Counted from the first letter of the stretch, positions 32,851 to 44,359 are shown. The stretch is DNA of 64,000 nt from Pseudomonadota bacterium (GCA_036340215.1 JAYYZF010000006.1:6228-70227); one strand, 5' to 3'. Notes: generated by a model not told the origin, from the letters alone. A program made the numbers and translations.

Positions 32851-33588
32851 ATGTCATTTGAAAGCGAACTAACAGCAACTAATATTTCTAAATCATATAA
32901 AAAAAGATTAGTAGTAGACAGCTTCAATATGAGCATCAAAAGAGGAGAAATAAAAGGTATTCTCGGACCAAATGGCGCCGGGAAAAGTACAACCTTTGAA
33001 CTGTTGGCAGGACTCGAGTTACCAGACTCAGGGGATATATCTTTAGATAAACGTGTAATTACAAACTATAACTTGCCTAAAAGAGCTAAGCTGGGAATCG
33101 CTTATCTACCTCAGGAAGCAAGCATTTTTGAAGGAATGACTGTAAAAGAAAACATCTATGCTCCTCTGGAGATGAGAAAAGATCTACGAAAAAGTCAAAA
33201 AAAGGAAAAGTTAGAAGAGCTAATTACTAAGTTTAATCTTGATAAAGTAAGAAATACCTACGGGAAACTAGTATCAGGTGGGGAAAGGAGAAGAGTTGAA
33301 GTTGCTCGATCATTAGCCATAGACCCAAAGTATATTATGCTTGATGAGCCTTTTGCTGGCATTGATCCTGTATCTATATCAGAAATAAAAGAAATAATAA
33401 TGGGTTTAAAAAAATCTAATATTGGTATTATTATAACCGACCATAATGTGAGAGAGACACTGAAGATTTGTGATAGCGCTTCAATCATGAATAATGGCAA
33501 GATTATTGCATCAGGCTCAGCATCAGAAATTTTAAACAATGCAGTTGTTAAGAAAGTATACTTAGGTAGCGATTTTTCTTTAAGCTAA
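32851..33588 (+). CDS. lptB: LPS export ABC transporter ATP-binding protein LptB
   Basis: Walker A GPNGAGKSTTF, signature LSGGERRRVEVARSLA, Walker B IMLDEPFAGIDP. G-rich RBS before the ATG at 32851. Confidence 0.9.
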   Translation: MSFESELTATNISKSYKKRLVVDSFNMSIKRGEIKGILGPNGAGKSTTFELLAGLELPDSGDISLDKRVITNYNLPKRAKLGIAYLPQEASIFEGMTVKENIYAPLEMRKDLRKSQKKEKLEELITKFNLDKVRNTYGKLVSGGERRRVEVARSLAIDPKYIMLDEPFAGIDPVSISEIKEIIMGLKKSNIGIIITDHNVRETLKICDSASIMNNGKIIASGSASEILNNAVVKKVYLGSDFSLS

Positions 33589-33598
33589 CTGAGATATA

Positions 33599-34429
33599 TT
33601 AGGACTTTACACTTGCAATCTTATTCAATAACCCAGCTAGTCGTATTCCTGCTTGAAGCATTTGCTTCTCAATAATAGGTGTGTTTCTGTAGACATATTT
33701 ATAAGATAATGTTGGCACAGGCTGTGACTTAGGTATGCCACAATAACTATGCCACTTTCCATCCAATGATTCTGGATAAATCTCGGCATGTAGCTTTCTT
33801 GATTCATTCATCCAGTCACGAGTAGTTCCCCTCAAAATTCTATTCTCATCATCTTTATCTACATGATCAATAAACTCAGCAAATTCAGAATAACTAAGGC
33901 CAGTGCTACTAGGTAAATAATTATCCCAAACTTTGTGAAGACTTGTTCTTCTATACTTACTATACCAATTTACGTAACACTTATTAGCACCCCAATCTAA
34001 ACCGTTACCAACATGAAGAGGCTGATGTAAGTCACCCATGAGATGAACTAAAATAGCCAAAGCTTCAAACTGTTCTTGCTCATTAAAACTATCTCTTTTA
34101 GTAAGTATATTGGTGGCAAAATCTAGCCCTACAAGCAAATCTCCCTTCTTATTCTGCTTGCCTTCATCAATATAATGCCAAGTTCTAAACCTTTTTAACT
34201 CTTTATTTGGATCAGACTTAATATCATCCATCCATGTACTAATTTGTGGCAAACTCTTACCTTTAAGAATAATTGATACTAGTTGCTTTGCCTCCGCCGT
34301 TAAATGATTCTCAGCAACTTTAGCAACTACCCTATGACCAAGCTTACCCCATGCATACACCGGCTGTAATGAAATAGATAAACAAATTATAATATAAAAA
34401 AACTTTTTCAAGATATCATGCCCCCGCAA
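33599..34429 (-). CDS. secreted S1/P1-family zinc nuclease
   Basis: The signal peptide ends VYA, immediately followed by WGKLGH (the mature N-terminal Trp typical of the family). Also contains WHYID, HLMGDLHQPLH and HKVWD. Confidence 0.85.
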   Translation of the reverse strand: MRGHDILKKFFYIIICLSISLQPVYAWGKLGHRVVAKVAENHLTAEAKQLVSIILKGKSLPQISTWMDDIKSDPNKELKRFRTWHYIDEGKQNKKGDLLVGLDFATNILTKRDSFNEQEQFEALAILVHLMGDLHQPLHVGNGLDWGANKCYVNWYSKYRRTSLHKVWDNYLPSSTGLSYSEFAEFIDHVDKDDENRILRGTTRDWMNESRKLHAEIYPESLDGKWHSYCGIPKSQPVPTLSYKYVYRNTPIIEKQMLQAGIRLAGLLNKIASVKS

Positions 34430-35762
34430 TAGTCATTGAATTTATCAGCCAAGATCCTGTTTGAATCGATCCCTGATTATCAATGTTATTGCCAATAGCA
34501 ATCAATCCATTATAGATATCCTTTAAATTACCCGCAATTGTAACTTCATGTACTGGAAATTGTATCTTACCAGATTTAACCCAAAAACCAAAAACACCAC
34601 GTGAAAAGTCACCAGTTGCAATATTTACTCCATGCCCCATCATATCAATAACATAAAGTCCTGTATCTAACTCACAGAGCATTGTTTCAAGATCACCACC
34701 ATTAGCAGAAACCAAAATGTTATGATAACCACCTGCATTACCTGTTGTCTGCATATTCAATTGACGGGCTGTATAAGTGCTAAGAAGATAGCCATTGAGC
34801 GTACCTGCTTTAACTAAAAAACGTTTTGAAGTCTTAACTCCATCGTTATCACAATAGGTGCTTGATATTCCCTGAGGTATATGTGGGTCTTCCAAAATAT
34901 CAACAAAATCAGGAAGTATTTTTTCGTTTAAATGACCATTTAGAAATGAAGACCGCTGATAAATATTTCGACCATTTATTGCTCTTAATAAATAATAAAC
35001 AAAGTACTTTGACATCCTTGGTGAAAATAATACTCTTGATTTTTGTGATGAAATTATTCTTGCGCCTAGCCTTGCAACTGTTTTAAGTGCAGTGCTTTTG
35101 GCTATTTCATTTGTATTATCAAAAATATTTGGATTACGAGATTCTATGTAATCATAATCTCTATGCATTTCCCCATAATTATCTTCGGCAAGAAGGCAAC
35201 AACATAAATTGTAGTATGTTTTAGCATAAGAAGCTCTAAAACCATAAGTATTTGCATGATAATAAAAACTTTTATTTAGAGATAAAGCAACAGATTCAGA
35301 TTGCTTTATCTCACTTTTATAATTAAGCGCGACATCTTCACAACTTTTTAATAAGTCTACTTTTTGATCAACATCAAGATCCCAAGAAAAGAATAAAGAT
35401 AAATCAATATAATCATAAGCTAAGAGTGACTTAGACGGTAGACCAGAATATGGATCTTCCTCAATAAATTCTCTTCTCTTACTTAAGTTTTTCAGAGCCT
35501 TTTCGATAGTATGCTTGGATGTATCAGATGTGGTGTATAAAACACTTTTGTGGCCATAATAAAGACATATATCTATATTTACACCACCCTTAAAGTCTAA
35601 AGTTTCAACATTACCATTGGAAATAGAAATATCTTGACCCTCAGAACAATAAATTGAAACCTCAGCATCACTAGCTGAAAGTTCTACCGCAGTGTCACAA
35701 ACAAAATCAGCTAAATTAGATATCTCATCAATCCTGGTGCTTTTTGGGTACTGAAACCTCAT
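34416..35762 (-). CDS. pmbA: PmbA/TldE metalloprotease-family protein
   Basis: 448 aa. The C-terminus VHEVTIAGNLKDIYNGLIAIGNNID...SMTIAG closely resembles E. coli PmbA. The ATG overlaps the lon stop (TAATG). Confidence 0.88.
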   Translation of the reverse strand: MRFQYPKSTRIDEISNLADFVCDTAVELSASDAEVSIYCSEGQDISISNGNVETLDFKGGVNIDICLYYGHKSVLYTTSDTSKHTIEKALKNLSKRREFIEEDPYSGLPSKSLLAYDYIDLSLFFSWDLDVDQKVDLLKSCEDVALNYKSEIKQSESVALSLNKSFYYHANTYGFRASYAKTYYNLCCCLLAEDNYGEMHRDYDYIESRNPNIFDNTNEIAKSTALKTVARLGARIISSQKSRVLFSPRMSKYFVYYLLRAINGRNIYQRSSFLNGHLNEKILPDFVDILEDPHIPQGISSTYCDNDGVKTSKRFLVKAGTLNGYLLSTYTARQLNMQTTGNAGGYHNILVSANGGDLETMLCELDTGLYVIDMMGHGVNIATGDFSRGVFGFWVKSGKIQFPVHEVTIAGNLKDIYNGLIAIGNNIDNQGSIQTGSWLINSMTIAGA

Positions 35763-38188
35763 TAACGCAGGTCTTTGTGTTTTTGGGATATTCTAGCAGA
35801 ACTTTTATTTTTATTCCCAGATACTTCTTTATGCTTAACTGTAGGATACTTATGGCGATTATCTAAAGCCAATTCTAACACTCTATCTATCCAACCAACA
35901 GTATGGATATTGAGACCACTCAAAACTTCTTTAGGAATATCACGCAAGTCCTTCTTATTCTCTTCTGGTATTATAACGTCAGTAATACCACCTCTAAGTG
36001 CAGCCAAGAGCTTTTCTTTTAAGCCACCAATAGCTAAAACTTCCCCTCTTAGAGTTATCTCTCCAGTCATTGCAAAGTTTGCCTTTACAGGTACTTTAGT
36101 CAACGCTGAAATTAGAGCTGTGCACATTCCGATACCTGCACTAGGCCCATCCTTAGGAGTGGCTCCCTCAGGCACATGTACATGTATATCCATTTCTTGA
36201 TAAAACTTTTCTGACAGATGAAGTGAGTTAGCTCTACTCCTAACAATTGACAGGGCTGCTTGAATTGACTCTTTCATCACATCCCCTAATCTACCAGTAT
36301 ACAGGCTTTTTCCCTTACCAGGTAAGACAGCAACTTCTATGGTCAAAAGCTCTCCACCTACTTCTGTCCAGGCCATACCCCTAACTATGCCAATTTGACT
36401 TACTTCATCTACAACACCAAATTTGTATTTCCTAACTCCAAGATACTTGTCTAAACTTCTTGAGCTTATATTCAGTGTTTTATGTTGTTTTAACTCACTA
36501 TTCTCTTTCACAACTTTACGGCAAATCTTAGCTAAAGATCTCTCTAACGATCTTACACCAGCTTCACGAGTATGATAGCGAATTATATCAGTAATTGCAG
36601 ATTTCGATATCTTAACTTCATCTTCTTTTAGACCAACTAAATCCATATTTTTTTGCCACAGAAATTTTGTTGCGATATTTGTTTTTTCTAGCTCCGTATA
36701 GCCCGGTATTCTTATTATTTCAAGCCTATCCAATAAAGCCGGCTGCATATTCAAGCTATTCGCGGTAGTAATAAAAAGTGCATTCGATAAATCGTAATCA
36801 ACTTCGAGGTAATGATCATTAAACATAGAGTTTTGCTCAGGGTCTAGCACCTCAAGTAAGGCAGATGCAGGATCTCCACGAAAATCCATACCCATTTTAT
36901 CTACTTCATCAAGTAGGATTAATGGGTTAGATACTTTTGCACGCTTCATTGCCTTGATTATTCGTCCAGGCATGGCACCTATGTAAGTTTTTCTATGCCC
37001 TCTGATCTCTGACTCATCCCTAACACCACCAAGTGAAATTCGTACAAATCTTCTTCCCATTGCTGCAGCAATGGATTTACCAAGAGACGTCTTCCCAACC
37101 CCTGGTGGGCCTACAAGACATATTATAGGACCTTTTACTTTTTTCACTCTTAGTTGTACAGCTAAGAACTCTAAGATCCTGTCTTTAACCTCTCTAAGGC
37201 CAAAATGATCGGTATCGAGAATATCCTCTGCTTCCTTGATTGTATAGTCACATGGGCTCACCTTGTTCCATGGTAAATCAACAATCCAATCCAAATAGCT
37301 TCTAACTACAGTAGCCTCAGCAGACATCGGGGCCATTTGCTTGAGCTTTGCTAACTCAGAGAAAACTTTTTCTTTTACATCATCCGTCAAATCAAGACTT
37401 AATAGCTTTTCTTCTAACTCAGTAATATCATCAAGATCTGCATACTCACCTTCATCTGATAATTCTTTTTTAAATGCCTCTAGCTTTTTTAAGTTGTAGT
37501 ATTTAGTTTGATCATTTTTTATTTGGTCCTTGACCTTGTCCTGTATTCTCTTTTCAACTTTAGACCATTCTATCTCACGCTGTAAAAAGCCTAGTAATAG
37601 CTCTACCCTTTTCTGAGTACAAGTTTCTTCTAAAACTTTCTGCTTGTCTTCTACGGATAAAGGCAAATGCATCGCAATTGCATCTGCAAAACGGCCTGGA
37701 TCTTCTAAACCTCGCAATGATATTAACATGTCTGATGTTATTATGTCACAATAGTTAGTATACTCATCAAAATCATGGCTTAGTGATCTAAGTAACGGTT
37801 CAATCTGAGTATCATCTAGATCATCTTCGACACACTTATCCAATGTAGCAGTGTAAAATTCACCTCTAGCTGAAAAACTATTTAGTTTTGCACGAGATCT
37901 ACCTTCTACTAATATTTTAACAGTACCTCCAGGGATTCTAAGAATTTGAAGGATTTTTGCAGTACAACCGTATTGATATAGATCTTTCTTGTGTGGTATT
38001 TCAACTTCAGAATCTTTCTGGGCTACGAGCAGGATTTCCTGGGAATTTTCTTGAGCATAATCTAAAGCAGCTATAGTCTTCTTCCTCCCAACAAAAAGTG
38101 GGACTACCATAAAGGGAAACATTACTGTATCTCTTAAAGGTAAAACTGGGTAACTGATATTTTCTTCAGAGTAATTTTTATCTGTCAT
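35762..38188 (-). CDS. lon: ATP-dependent Lon protease
   Basis: 808 aa with Walker [16 protein letters not shown] and the catalytic-Ser motif [11 protein letters not shown]. Confidence 0.97.
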   Translation of the reverse strand: MTDKNYSEENISYPVLPLRDTVMFPFMVVPLFVGRKKTIAALDYAQENSQEILLVAQKDSEVEIPHKKDLYQYGCTAKILQILRIPGGTVKILVEGRSRAKLNSFSARGEFYTATLDKCVEDDLDDTQIEPLLRSLSHDFDEYTNYCDIITSDMLISLRGLEDPGRFADAIAMHLPLSVEDKQKVLEETCTQKRVELLLGFLQREIEWSKVEKRIQDKVKDQIKNDQTKYYNLKKLEAFKKELSDEGEYADLDDITELEEKLLSLDLTDDVKEKVFSELAKLKQMAPMSAEATVVRSYLDWIVDLPWNKVSPCDYTIKEAEDILDTDHFGLREVKDRILEFLAVQLRVKKVKGPIICLVGPPGVGKTSLGKSIAAAMGRRFVRISLGGVRDESEIRGHRKTYIGAMPGRIIKAMKRAKVSNPLILLDEVDKMGMDFRGDPASALLEVLDPEQNSMFNDHYLEVDYDLSNALFITTANSLNMQPALLDRLEIIRIPGYTELEKTNIATKFLWQKNMDLVGLKEDEVKISKSAITDIIRYHTREAGVRSLERSLAKICRKVVKENSELKQHKTLNISSRSLDKYLGVRKYKFGVVDEVSQIGIVRGMAWTEVGGELLTIEVAVLPGKGKSLYTGRLGDVMKESIQAALSIVRSRANSLHLSEKFYQEMDIHVHVPEGATPKDGPSAGIGMCTALISALTKVPVKANFAMTGEITLRGEVLAIGGLKEKLLAALRGGITDVIIPEENKKDLRDIPKEVLSGLNIHTVGWIDRVLELALDNRHKYPTVKHKEVSGNKNKSSARISQKHKDLR

Positions 38189-38202
38189 ATATAGCCTTGG
38201 TC

Positions 38203-39474
38203 CTAATTACTATCATTTCCTAACTTTTTATTCGATGAAGACCCCTCGAACACTAATAAGGGCTCATTACCTTTGGTAACAACATCCTTATCAATGACCA
38301 CTTTAGCTAATTTTTTCTTAGTCGGCAATGAATACATTATATCCAGTAAAATATTTTCAACTATAGAGCGTAAACCACGTGCCCCAGTTTTCCTAATCAA
38401 AGCCTTTTTAGCAAGTGCCTGAAGTGCCTCTTTTGTGAATTCGAGTGATGTATTTTCTAACTCAAATAGCTTGGAGTACTGCTTTATAAGTGAGTTTTTT
38501 GGCTCGGTAAGAATCTTTATCATTGCAGATTCATCTAACTCTTGTAGGGTTGTTATAACTGGCAATCGGCCAACAAACTCAGGAATTAAGCCAAATCTTA
38601 CAATATCTTCGGGCTCAACCTGAGCAATTAGCCTGTTGTAAGAGACTGCATCTAACTTAGACATTACAGGAGCTGAAAAACCAATGCTTGTCTTTGCTGT
38701 TCTACTCAATATTATTTTATCTAAATCAGAAAAAGCACCAGCACATATAAATAGTATGTCCTTAGTATCTACTTGAATGTATTCCTGACTTGGGTGTTTT
38801 CTACCCCCCTGTGGAGGAACTGAAACAACAGAGCCCTCAATCATTTTTAATAATGCTTGCTGTACACCCTCACCTGAGACATCACGAGTTATTGAAGGCC
38901 CTTCAGATTTACGCGCTATCTTATCAATCTCATCAACATAAACAATGCCATGTTGAGCTTTTTCCACGTCAAAATCACAGTTCTGTAGTAGTTTCAAAAT
39001 TATGTTTTCAACATCTTCTCCTACATATCCAGCTTCTGTAAGACTAGTTGAATCTACTATTGCAAAGGGAACATTTAGTCTAGTGGCCAAGGTTTGTGCC
39101 AAAAGTGTTTTACCGGTACCTGTAGGACCTATGAGAAGGATATTGCTCTTACCAATCTCAACGTCTCCACCAATACCTACCTGTAACCTTTTGTAATGAT
39201 TGTAAACTGCAACAGCTAAAGTTTTTTTCGCATGAACCTGGCCGATAACATAATTGTCTAATGCTGCTTTTATTTCTTCAGGATGTGGTAACTTCTCGTT
39301 AGCTCCTACCTTTTTATTAGTATCAGCTTGGTCTTCCTCTGCTAAAATTTCGTTGCATAAAGCTACACACTCATTACAAATGAAAACCGAAGGCCCTGCT
39401 ATTAACTTCTTAACTTGATCTTGAGTTTTTCCGCAAAATGAGCACGCGAGGTTTTTAGAAGTAGGCTTAACCAT
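38203..39474 (-). CDS. clpX: ATP-dependent Clp protease ATP-binding subunit ClpX
   Basis: N-terminal zinc finger (CSFCGK...CNEC), Walker [12 protein letters not shown], and GARGLRSI. Confidence 0.97.
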   Translation of the reverse strand: MVKPTSKNLACSFCGKTQDQVKKLIAGPSVFICNECVALCNEILAEEDQADTNKKVGANEKLPHPEEIKAALDNYVIGQVHAKKTLAVAVYNHYKRLQVGIGGDVEIGKSNILLIGPTGTGKTLLAQTLATRLNVPFAIVDSTSLTEAGYVGEDVENIILKLLQNCDFDVEKAQHGIVYVDEIDKIARKSEGPSITRDVSGEGVQQALLKMIEGSVVSVPPQGGRKHPSQEYIQVDTKDILFICAGAFSDLDKIILSRTAKTSIGFSAPVMSKLDAVSYNRLIAQVEPEDIVRFGLIPEFVGRLPVITTLQELDESAMIKILTEPKNSLIKQYSKLFELENTSLEFTKEALQALAKKALIRKTGARGLRSIVENILLDIMYSLPTKKKLAKVVIDKDVVTKGNEPLLVFEGSSSNKKLGNDSN

Positions 39475-39553
39475 TGATATACCTTATTTTAATCTCAAAC
39501 AATATTATAGACTAAACATCAAATAAAATGCAATTAAGAGCTAAATTATGCTC

Positions 39554-40153
39554 TTATTTACCTCTTTGGTGTAAAATACCATCCACTAAACCGTAATCTT
39601 TTGCTGCAGGGGCAGCCATAAAATTATCTCTATTAGTATCTTTCTCAATTTGAGCAATAGTCTTGCCAGTATTCTTTGAAAGAATCTTATTTAAATTATC
39701 ACTTACTCTCTTAGTTTCTTTGGCATGAATCTCAATATCTGATCCCTGACCCTGGAACCCACCTAAAACTTGATGAATCATAACAGTGGAATGTGGCAAA
39801 CAAAAACGTTTACCCATAGCACCAGAACTAAGAAGTAATGCGCCTGCACTAGCAGCTTGACCAATACAAAGAGTACTAACATCTGGCTTAATAAAATTCA
39901 TTGTATCGAAAATAGCCATAGCTGCAGAAACAGCACCTCCTGGTGAGTTTATGTACAATGAAATATCTTTTTGTGGATTTTCTGACTCTAGAAATAATAA
40001 CTGGGCAACAATTAAGTTAGCCATATTCTCTTCAATAGGACCCACTAGAAAAATAACTCTCTCTTTCAGTAGACGTGAAAAGATGTCGTAAGCTCGCTCT
40101 CCATGTGAGGACTTTTCTACTACCATTGGTACTAAATGATTAAAATTTGACAA
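39554..40153 (-). CDS. clpP: ATP-dependent Clp protease proteolytic subunit
   Basis: Contains [15 protein letters not shown] and the active-site region [11 protein letters not shown]...MIHQ. Confidence 0.97.
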   Translation of the reverse strand: MSNFNHLVPMVVEKSSHGERAYDIFSRLLKERVIFLVGPIEENMANLIVAQLLFLESENPQKDISLYINSPGGAVSAAMAIFDTMNFIKPDVSTLCIGQAASAGALLLSSGAMGKRFCLPHSTVMIHQVLGGFQGQGSDIEIHAKETKRVSDNLNKILSKNTGKTIAQIEKDTNRDNFMAAPAAKDYGLVDGILHQRGK

Positions 40154-40177
40154 TTTGTTTCTCCCTCTAAAAAATTT

Positions 40178-41473
40178 TTAAGCAACTTCGCGTAGCTTTT
40201 CAAAGCTAAGCTTTTCTTCAGTAACAGTAACTTTTTCAAGAATAGCATCTATAAGTTGCATTTGTAAAATAGTTGCCTGTACTTGCTCTACCCTCTTGGT
40301 ATCTTGGTAAAACCATTTCAAGAACTCATCTTCTTGCATGTAAGAGCCAGCTAGGCTCTTTAAATATTTTTCAAATCTTGCCTTATCTAACTTGATAGCG
40401 TAATCCTGCAATAAATGTTGGCAAACTAAAGATAGTAAAATATTTTTCTCTGCCTCAACAGCTACAGGATGTTTGTCGCCAGGCTTAATGTCTTCAGACT
40501 CAGCATCTTTATTGGCAGTCCTTTGAATGGAGTTTTTGATCTCATCCTCAACTAGTTTTTTTGGAACTTCTAATTTTTTGTACTGTTTGTGAAGCAAATC
40601 AAAGACATGCTTTTCTTTGACTGCGGCTAAGGATTTTTCTAGCTCAGCTTCCAGTGGTTGCTTAACTTGTGAACGGAAATCATCTAGTTCACCAGACTCC
40701 ACCCCAAACTTTTTAATAAATTCAGCATCAATCTCTGGCAACTTTGGTTTGGCAACAGTCAAAACTTCTAGCGCAAACTCAGCTTTCTTTCCTGCTAAAT
40801 CTTTGGCATGGTAATCCTTGGGAAAAGTCAGCTTAGCCTTAGTTTTAGAATCGGCCTTAACTCCAGTAAGAGCTTTATCAAACTCTGGTAGCACCCCTCC
40901 TGAACCTAGAATAACTTTAAAGTCATTTGCGGTTCCACCCTCAAACTCTTTTTTGTCAATAGTACCTACAAAGTTAACTGTAACTTGATCACCTTTAACA
41001 GACTTTTCTGTCGTGTTTTCCCAGTCAGCTTGTTGCTGTCTTATTGCAGTGATTGCAGTATCTATATCAGCATCCGTTATCTCAGCAGTTTGCAACTTTA
41101 CTTTACATTTAGCAAAACTATCCGTCTTTATTTCTGGGTATTCCTCGAATACAGCCTCATAGACCAGATCTTCGCCCTTTTCACTTTTCTTGATATCTAC
41201 CTGTGGCACTGCAACCGGCATGCACTCTTTGTCTTTCAAAGCTTTTTGTAGTGATGATGAAATCAACTCTTGTATAACTTCGCTATTAATAGACTGCCCA
41301 TATCTACTCTGGATCAAACCAGCAGGTATTTTACCCTTTCTAAAACCAGGCAAGCGTATGGTGCTACTCACACTTTTGAACTTCTTATCTATAGCAGCTG
41401 CAAATTCATCTGCAGGGATGCTTACTGTTAACTTTTTCTCTAGTCCTTTTAACTTATCTACTGTTACTGACAT
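40178..41473 (-). CDS. tig: trigger factor
   Basis: 431 aa. Contains GFRKGKIP, the ribosome-binding signature, and lies upstream of clpP-clpX-lon. Confidence 0.93.
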   Translation of the reverse strand: MSVTVDKLKGLEKKLTVSIPADEFAAAIDKKFKSVSSTIRLPGFRKGKIPAGLIQSRYGQSINSEVIQELISSSLQKALKDKECMPVAVPQVDIKKSEKGEDLVYEAVFEEYPEIKTDSFAKCKVKLQTAEITDADIDTAITAIRQQQADWENTTEKSVKGDQVTVNFVGTIDKKEFEGGTANDFKVILGSGGVLPEFDKALTGVKADSKTKAKLTFPKDYHAKDLAGKKAEFALEVLTVAKPKLPEIDAEFIKKFGVESGELDDFRSQVKQPLEAELEKSLAAVKEKHVFDLLHKQYKKLEVPKKLVEDEIKNSIQRTANKDAESEDIKPGDKHPVAVEAEKNILLSLVCQHLLQDYAIKLDKARFEKYLKSLAGSYMQEDEFLKWFYQDTKRVEQVQATILQMQLIDAILEKVTVTEEKLSFEKLREVA

Positions 41474-41499
41474 ATTATTAAAACCGTTTTTTCTGAATA

Positions 41500-41585
<86 letters not shown>

Positions 41586-41595
41586 ATAGCCTAGT

Positions 41596-41624
41596 ATTAT
41601 TAGCTAGCATTCTGTTTAAGTCAA
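41596..41624 (-). promoter_or_regulatory. sigma70-type promoter upstream of tRNA-Leu / tig
   Basis: Minus strand TTGACT (41624-41619), 17 nt spacer, AATAAT (41601-41596), about 10 nt before the tRNA 5' end. Confidence 0.4.
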
Positions 41625-41655
41625 GCCTTCGAGATTATTATTACAATGATTTCTA

Positions 41656-42597
41656 TTATTTGTAAAAATCAGGCTCTCCAGGAGGTCTAGTTTTGAAACG
41701 ACGATGTAACCAACCATACTGACTTGGCTCTTTTCTAATAAAGTCTGCAAGATACTCGTTAATAAACGTTGCATCTTGCTGGTAATCTTGCAAAGTAAGT
41801 TTCTCTGAAATATCTTTAAACTCCATTAAATAAGTACCATCCTGATGACGGCGAAACAAAGCCATGACGACTTTAGCCCGACCTAGCTTTGCAAACTGTG
41901 ATACTGATGTAACTGTTGCTGTAGGAATACCAAAAAAGTTTGCAAAAATACTGTTTCTAGTGCCAAGATCAGCATCAGGTAACAACAAAAAATTATTTTT
42001 TTTCTTCAGTAAAGATATTGCCTTCCTAACATCACGCTGCATCACATTCCGCATGTCATATTTATCTAGTCTTCTACCATAATAACTTTCAAATATTCTA
42101 CTATGCTGTTTTTTCCTGATAGCAGTAAAAGAAGTTATAAATCTTATAATCCTTGCAGCTAAAAACATATGCGTGAAATGTGGGCAAATTATCAGAACTG
42201 GTAACCCGTTATTATTGTGGTTTGTTATTATATCACTACCACTCAATGTGACAGACTTCATGATATACTTATTGCTTCTATGCCAGGATACGCTATTTTC
42301 ATGAAACATCGCATAGAACATATTCACAAAAAACTGTTGGCGCAGCTCTAATAGTTCTATTTCAGTTAATTCTGGAAAGCATTTCTTGAGATTTATACTC
42401 ACCACATTGTTACGTTTCCAACTGGAACGCATCACAAGCCTCGCACAAAATTCACTTAAATGCAGCTTAAATTTCTTGGGCAGATAAGCAAGCACTGGTA
42501 GCATCATTACAAAAAACAAGTTAGCAATCTCAGAGACAATAACTCCCGGGTGTAACAACGAAGACTTTTTTTTCTTTGTTAATTTTTTAGTTAACAT
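41656..42597 (-). CDS. lpxL: lipid A biosynthesis (lauroyl/myristoyl) acyltransferase, LpxL/HtrB family
   Basis: The C-terminus EPSQYGWLHRRFKTRPPGEPDFY closely matches E. coli LpxL (PEQYLWIHRRFKTRP). N-terminal TM segment. Contains LLPDADLG. Confidence 0.88.
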   Translation of the reverse strand: MLTKKLTKKKKSSLLHPGVIVSEIANLFFVMMLPVLAYLPKKFKLHLSEFCARLVMRSSWKRNNVVSINLKKCFPELTEIELLELRQQFFVNMFYAMFHENSVSWHRSNKYIMKSVTLSGSDIITNHNNNGLPVLIICPHFTHMFLAARIIRFITSFTAIRKKQHSRIFESYYGRRLDKYDMRNVMQRDVRKAISLLKKKNNFLLLPDADLGTRNSIFANFFGIPTATVTSVSQFAKLGRAKVVMALFRRHQDGTYLMEFKDISEKLTLQDYQQDATFINEYLADFIRKEPSQYGWLHRRFKTRPPGEPDFYK

Positions 42598-43137
42598 AAC
42601 CTAGTCACATATAAAATTTAGCTTAGAAAAACTTTTGACTGTAAAATAAAACTAATAACTCTACATTCAGAAATTGTAGTCTACTTTAGCACGCATTGAT
42701 AATGAATGAAAGGGCATATTCCTAGGAAACACTCTTCTTAATAGATCAGACTTCAAGCTAAATTTACTCTTGTAATGGTAAGAAAAACTTTCAAACTATA
42801 AGATAAAAATATAAAAATAATATGCCCGGAAGAAGTGGTTTGTTCTGGCTGTAGTAATCACTATTCAAATAATTTACTTTCTGTAAGTAAGTTAGAATAA
42901 ATAGCAAAACAAAATATTACATATTTAATTAAACACGAATCTTAATGCTAGAGTATTGTCTTAATATCAACCAAAATATAGATATGAAAATATAAAAAAT
43001 TACTTTGATATTTTTCTGGATAAATACTATAAAATAAATTCAGATATCCCTAAGACAACCTAGCCTTATATCAGTTTGACATAAGAACTAGCGCTTGAAC
43101 ATTAATACAATTAAATATTGACATTTTTGTTCTCACT

Positions 43138-43467
43138 ATGTACTCTTTGAATATGGAAGTGAAAAATACCTCAACAAAACGGACATTGACTGCGATAGCG
43201 ATGATAATAGCTAAAAGCTCCCTTCATTACAACAAAAATGGCCAAGCACAAGTTAAGATAAAAGTTGTTTTAGGACAAAAGTCTGCTTTAATAACAGACA
43301 ATAATCCTTTCAGTGCAACTGAAATAATAAATGCAACTGCGACTAACTTAAACGCATTCTACATAAGCAAAAAAATAAATCCTGCTGACGAAGTTAATCT
43401 TACAGCAAGATTTTTGTGTGGACAGAGAAAGCCAACTTTAAAGATTACAGACATAAAAATCCTCTAA
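43138..43467 (+). CDS. hypothetical protein (orphan small ORF)
   Basis: 109-aa ORF with no family I recognise. Its 3' end overlaps the convergent aroE by 30 nt and it follows a 540-nt non-coding stretch. Coding status is uncertain. Confidence 0.3.
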   Translation: MYSLNMEVKNTSTKRTLTAIAMIIAKSSLHYNKNGQAQVKIKVVLGQKSALITDNNPFSATEIINATATNLNAFYISKKINPADEVNLTARFLCGQRKPTLKITDIKIL

Positions 43468-44265
43468 GCCTAGTAAAGTAGAAGCTATATCGAAACTACT
43501 AGGCAAATTACCAGTCCAAACTTCTATAGCATAAGCAGCCTGATAGACAAGCATTCCTACGCCATTGAGGGCATACTTACAGCCACTCTTCAGAGCAAAA
43601 TCTACAGAGTAAGTAGCTGCTTTAGAGTAAGCCAAGTCATAGTAAGTATTTGCCTTTTTTAAAACTCCATTAGGTATAAAAGGAATAAAATCTTTTAAGC
43701 ATACCCCAGAAGCATTGATAATGAGATCATAGGTCATGTTAAGATTATAGTCTTTTCTTAGACTTAATAAACCTATCCCAGAAAAGGAGGATAGTACAGC
43801 AGCAGCACGTTGCATATTACGAACTGTAATATCAACTTTAATATCTGCCGCCAACAACTCGGATAGAATAGCTGGCACAACTCCACCAGAACCAAGAATC
43901 AAAACATTATTAATCAGTGGCAGTTCTAATGACTTTAAATGCCTTATAAAACCAATACCATCTGTGTTAGCTGCAAAAGTATTACCATGCATATCTATTT
44001 TTACAACATTCGCACAACCTACCTTGGTAACTTTAGCAGCACGATCAGAAACTAATTTACAAATACTGAATTTATGTGGATTGGTGATATTGAAGCCATC
44101 ATAACCTAGTGTAATAAGGCTTGATACTTGCTCATATAGCTCATTCTCACTTAAATTAAATATATTGTACTGATATCTCTCGTTACACCTTGTGAAGAAT
44201 GACTCGTAAACAAGTGGTGATAAACTATGAGTAACATTTGATCCAAGTAAAGCAAGTTTAAGCAT
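43438..44265 (-). CDS. aroE: shikimate dehydrogenase
   Basis: Contains GSNVTHSLSP, FNITNPHK, NTDGIGF and the NAD(P) motif ILGSGGV. Confidence 0.9.
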   Translation of the reverse strand: MLKLALLGSNVTHSLSPLVYESFFTRCNERYQYNIFNLSENELYEQVSSLITLGYDGFNITNPHKFSICKLVSDRAAKVTKVGCANVVKIDMHGNTFAANTDGIGFIRHLKSLELPLINNVLILGSGGVVPAILSELLAADIKVDITVRNMQRAAAVLSSFSGIGLLSLRKDYNLNMTYDLIINASGVCLKDFIPFIPNGVLKKANTYYDLAYSKAATYSVDFALKSGCKYALNGVGMLVYQAAYAIEVWTGNLPSSFDIASTLLGLEDFYVCNL

Positions 44266-44275
44266 AATAAAAAAA

Positions 44276-44352
44276 TGGGGTGAACGATGGGGCTCGAACC
44301 CACGACAACCGGAATCACAATCCGGGGCTCTACCAACTGAGCTACGCTCACC
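44276..44352 (-). tRNA. tRNA-His (anticodon GTG)
   Basis: G(-1)GTGAGCGTAGCTCAGTTGGTAGAGC...ATTGTGATT...GGTTCGAGCCC...CGTTCACCCCA. The extra 5' G pairs with C73. Confidence 0.9.
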
Positions 44353-44359
44353 GCAACAT

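Noticed and set aside
35775-36200. 141-aa plus-strand ORF
   Set aside because: It is antisense to the C-terminal protease domain of lon, so it is a shadow ORF.
43075-43160. TTGACA hexamers at 43075 and 43118 as promoters for ORF 43138
   Set aside because: I found no acceptable -10 at 16-18 nt spacing that also leaves the ATG at 43138 downstream of the transcription start. This is likely chance in AT-rich DNA.
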